Shown one piece after another: positions 63,487-64,000 of a stretch of 64,000 nucleotides of DNA; the stretch's first letter is position 1; every line of letters starts with the position of its first letter. The stretch lies in contig CAWDOD010000011.1 in NCBI GenBank assembly GCA_963803805.1, positions 32,001-96,000 on the forward strand. Direction: 5' to 3'. Source of the stretch: an uncultured cyanobacterium. Its GTDB lineage: Bacteria; Cyanobacteriota; Cyanobacteriia; Cyanobacteriales; CAWCAG01. Both the position numbers and the translations under genes were made by a program. The notes beneath the pieces were generated by a model. The model was not told the origin of the DNA. It worked only from the letters and a program-made list of their open reading frames with translations, and made no database searches.

Positions 63487-64000
63487 ATGAAGCTTAGCTT
63501 AAAGTTGACCCGTACTTTTATTATTATTTGTATTGCTATTATCTTTGTTGCCTTGGGGAGTTCGATTTTATTCACTACCTTCACCCAAGATAGGCAAGAG
63601 AATAAGTTAAATCCTCCCCCAGTCGAACTTACTCAAAAATGGCAGTATCGACTAGGAGATTCTCCTGTGAATGAGGATGAAATTCCCATTTGGACTTTGG
63701 AAAAGGACTCTATTTCCCTCTGGCAAGCCTTTGAGGTTCCTGGCAAGTTGAAGATTAATCCAGGAGAAAAATTTGTTTGGTTACGAACTACCTTGCCAGA
63801 GCAAACCTGGCCTTATCCTGGTCTTTATATTCGCGGTATTCCTAACTTATTGCAGACTTATATTGAGGAGAGGTTGAGCTATATTTATTATGAATTAAAT
63901 CAAGATAGCAATTTACAGCTTAAGGAAGAAAAATGGCCTGTTGTTCCTGTTGGAGATGATTTTCAAAATAAGTCTCTCTTTTTTAAGGTTTATGTCGGCA
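63487..64000 (+). CDS. membrane-anchored sensor-type protein (partial, runs off the window end)
   Basis: hand translation MKLSLKLTRTFIIICIAIIFVALG...KWQYRLGDSP...WLRTTLP, open to the end; resembles extracellular beta-sandwich sensor domains. Confidence 0.6.
   Translation, partial: MKLSLKLTRTFIIICIAIIFVALGSSILFTTFTQDRQENKLNPPPVELTQKWQYRLGDSPVNEDEIPIWTLEKDSISLWQAFEVPGKLKINPGEKFVWLRTTLPEQTWPYPGLYIRGIPNLLQTYIEERLSYIYYELNQDSNLQLKEEKWPVVPVGDDFQNKSLFFKVYVG

Overview
AT-rich chromosomal window from a cyanobacterium (frequent HIP1 octamers GCGATCGC, short tandem heptamer repeats, ndhD1/ndhF1, rbcR-type LysR, furC, pentapeptide-repeat genes). Most of it is housekeeping backbone (recR, ndhF1/D1, trk, pyrG, thiG, lysC, fbaB, trpB). 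Three accessory zones stand out. (1) 4.46-5.43 kb: about seven tandem ~135-bp units, each with one HIP1 site and one GTAG-led REP-like hairpin, directly upstream of recR. (2) 5.87-10.7 kb: a three-gene module of TPR-CHAT caspase-like protease, small helical protein and coiled-coil/2-TM membrane protein, a candidate protease-triggered conflict system. (3) 26.4-39.0 kb: a defence-like island between two inverted copies of one MITE. It encodes a PLD-nuclease/SNF2 helicase and a type IIG-like N6-adenine methyltransferase with a C-terminal Schlafen/AlbA_2 domain, separated by XisH/XisI and by repeat-bounded cassettes (Phd-PIN toxin-antitoxin, TPR protein). Intergenic DNA holds several more MITEs, an IS982 stub, an ORF-less IS200/IS605 derivative that may retain an omegaRNA, and orphan gene fragments. 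Three genes carry single-base frameshifts that could be real or assembly errors. All family assignments are from motif reading and recall; no database searches were run.
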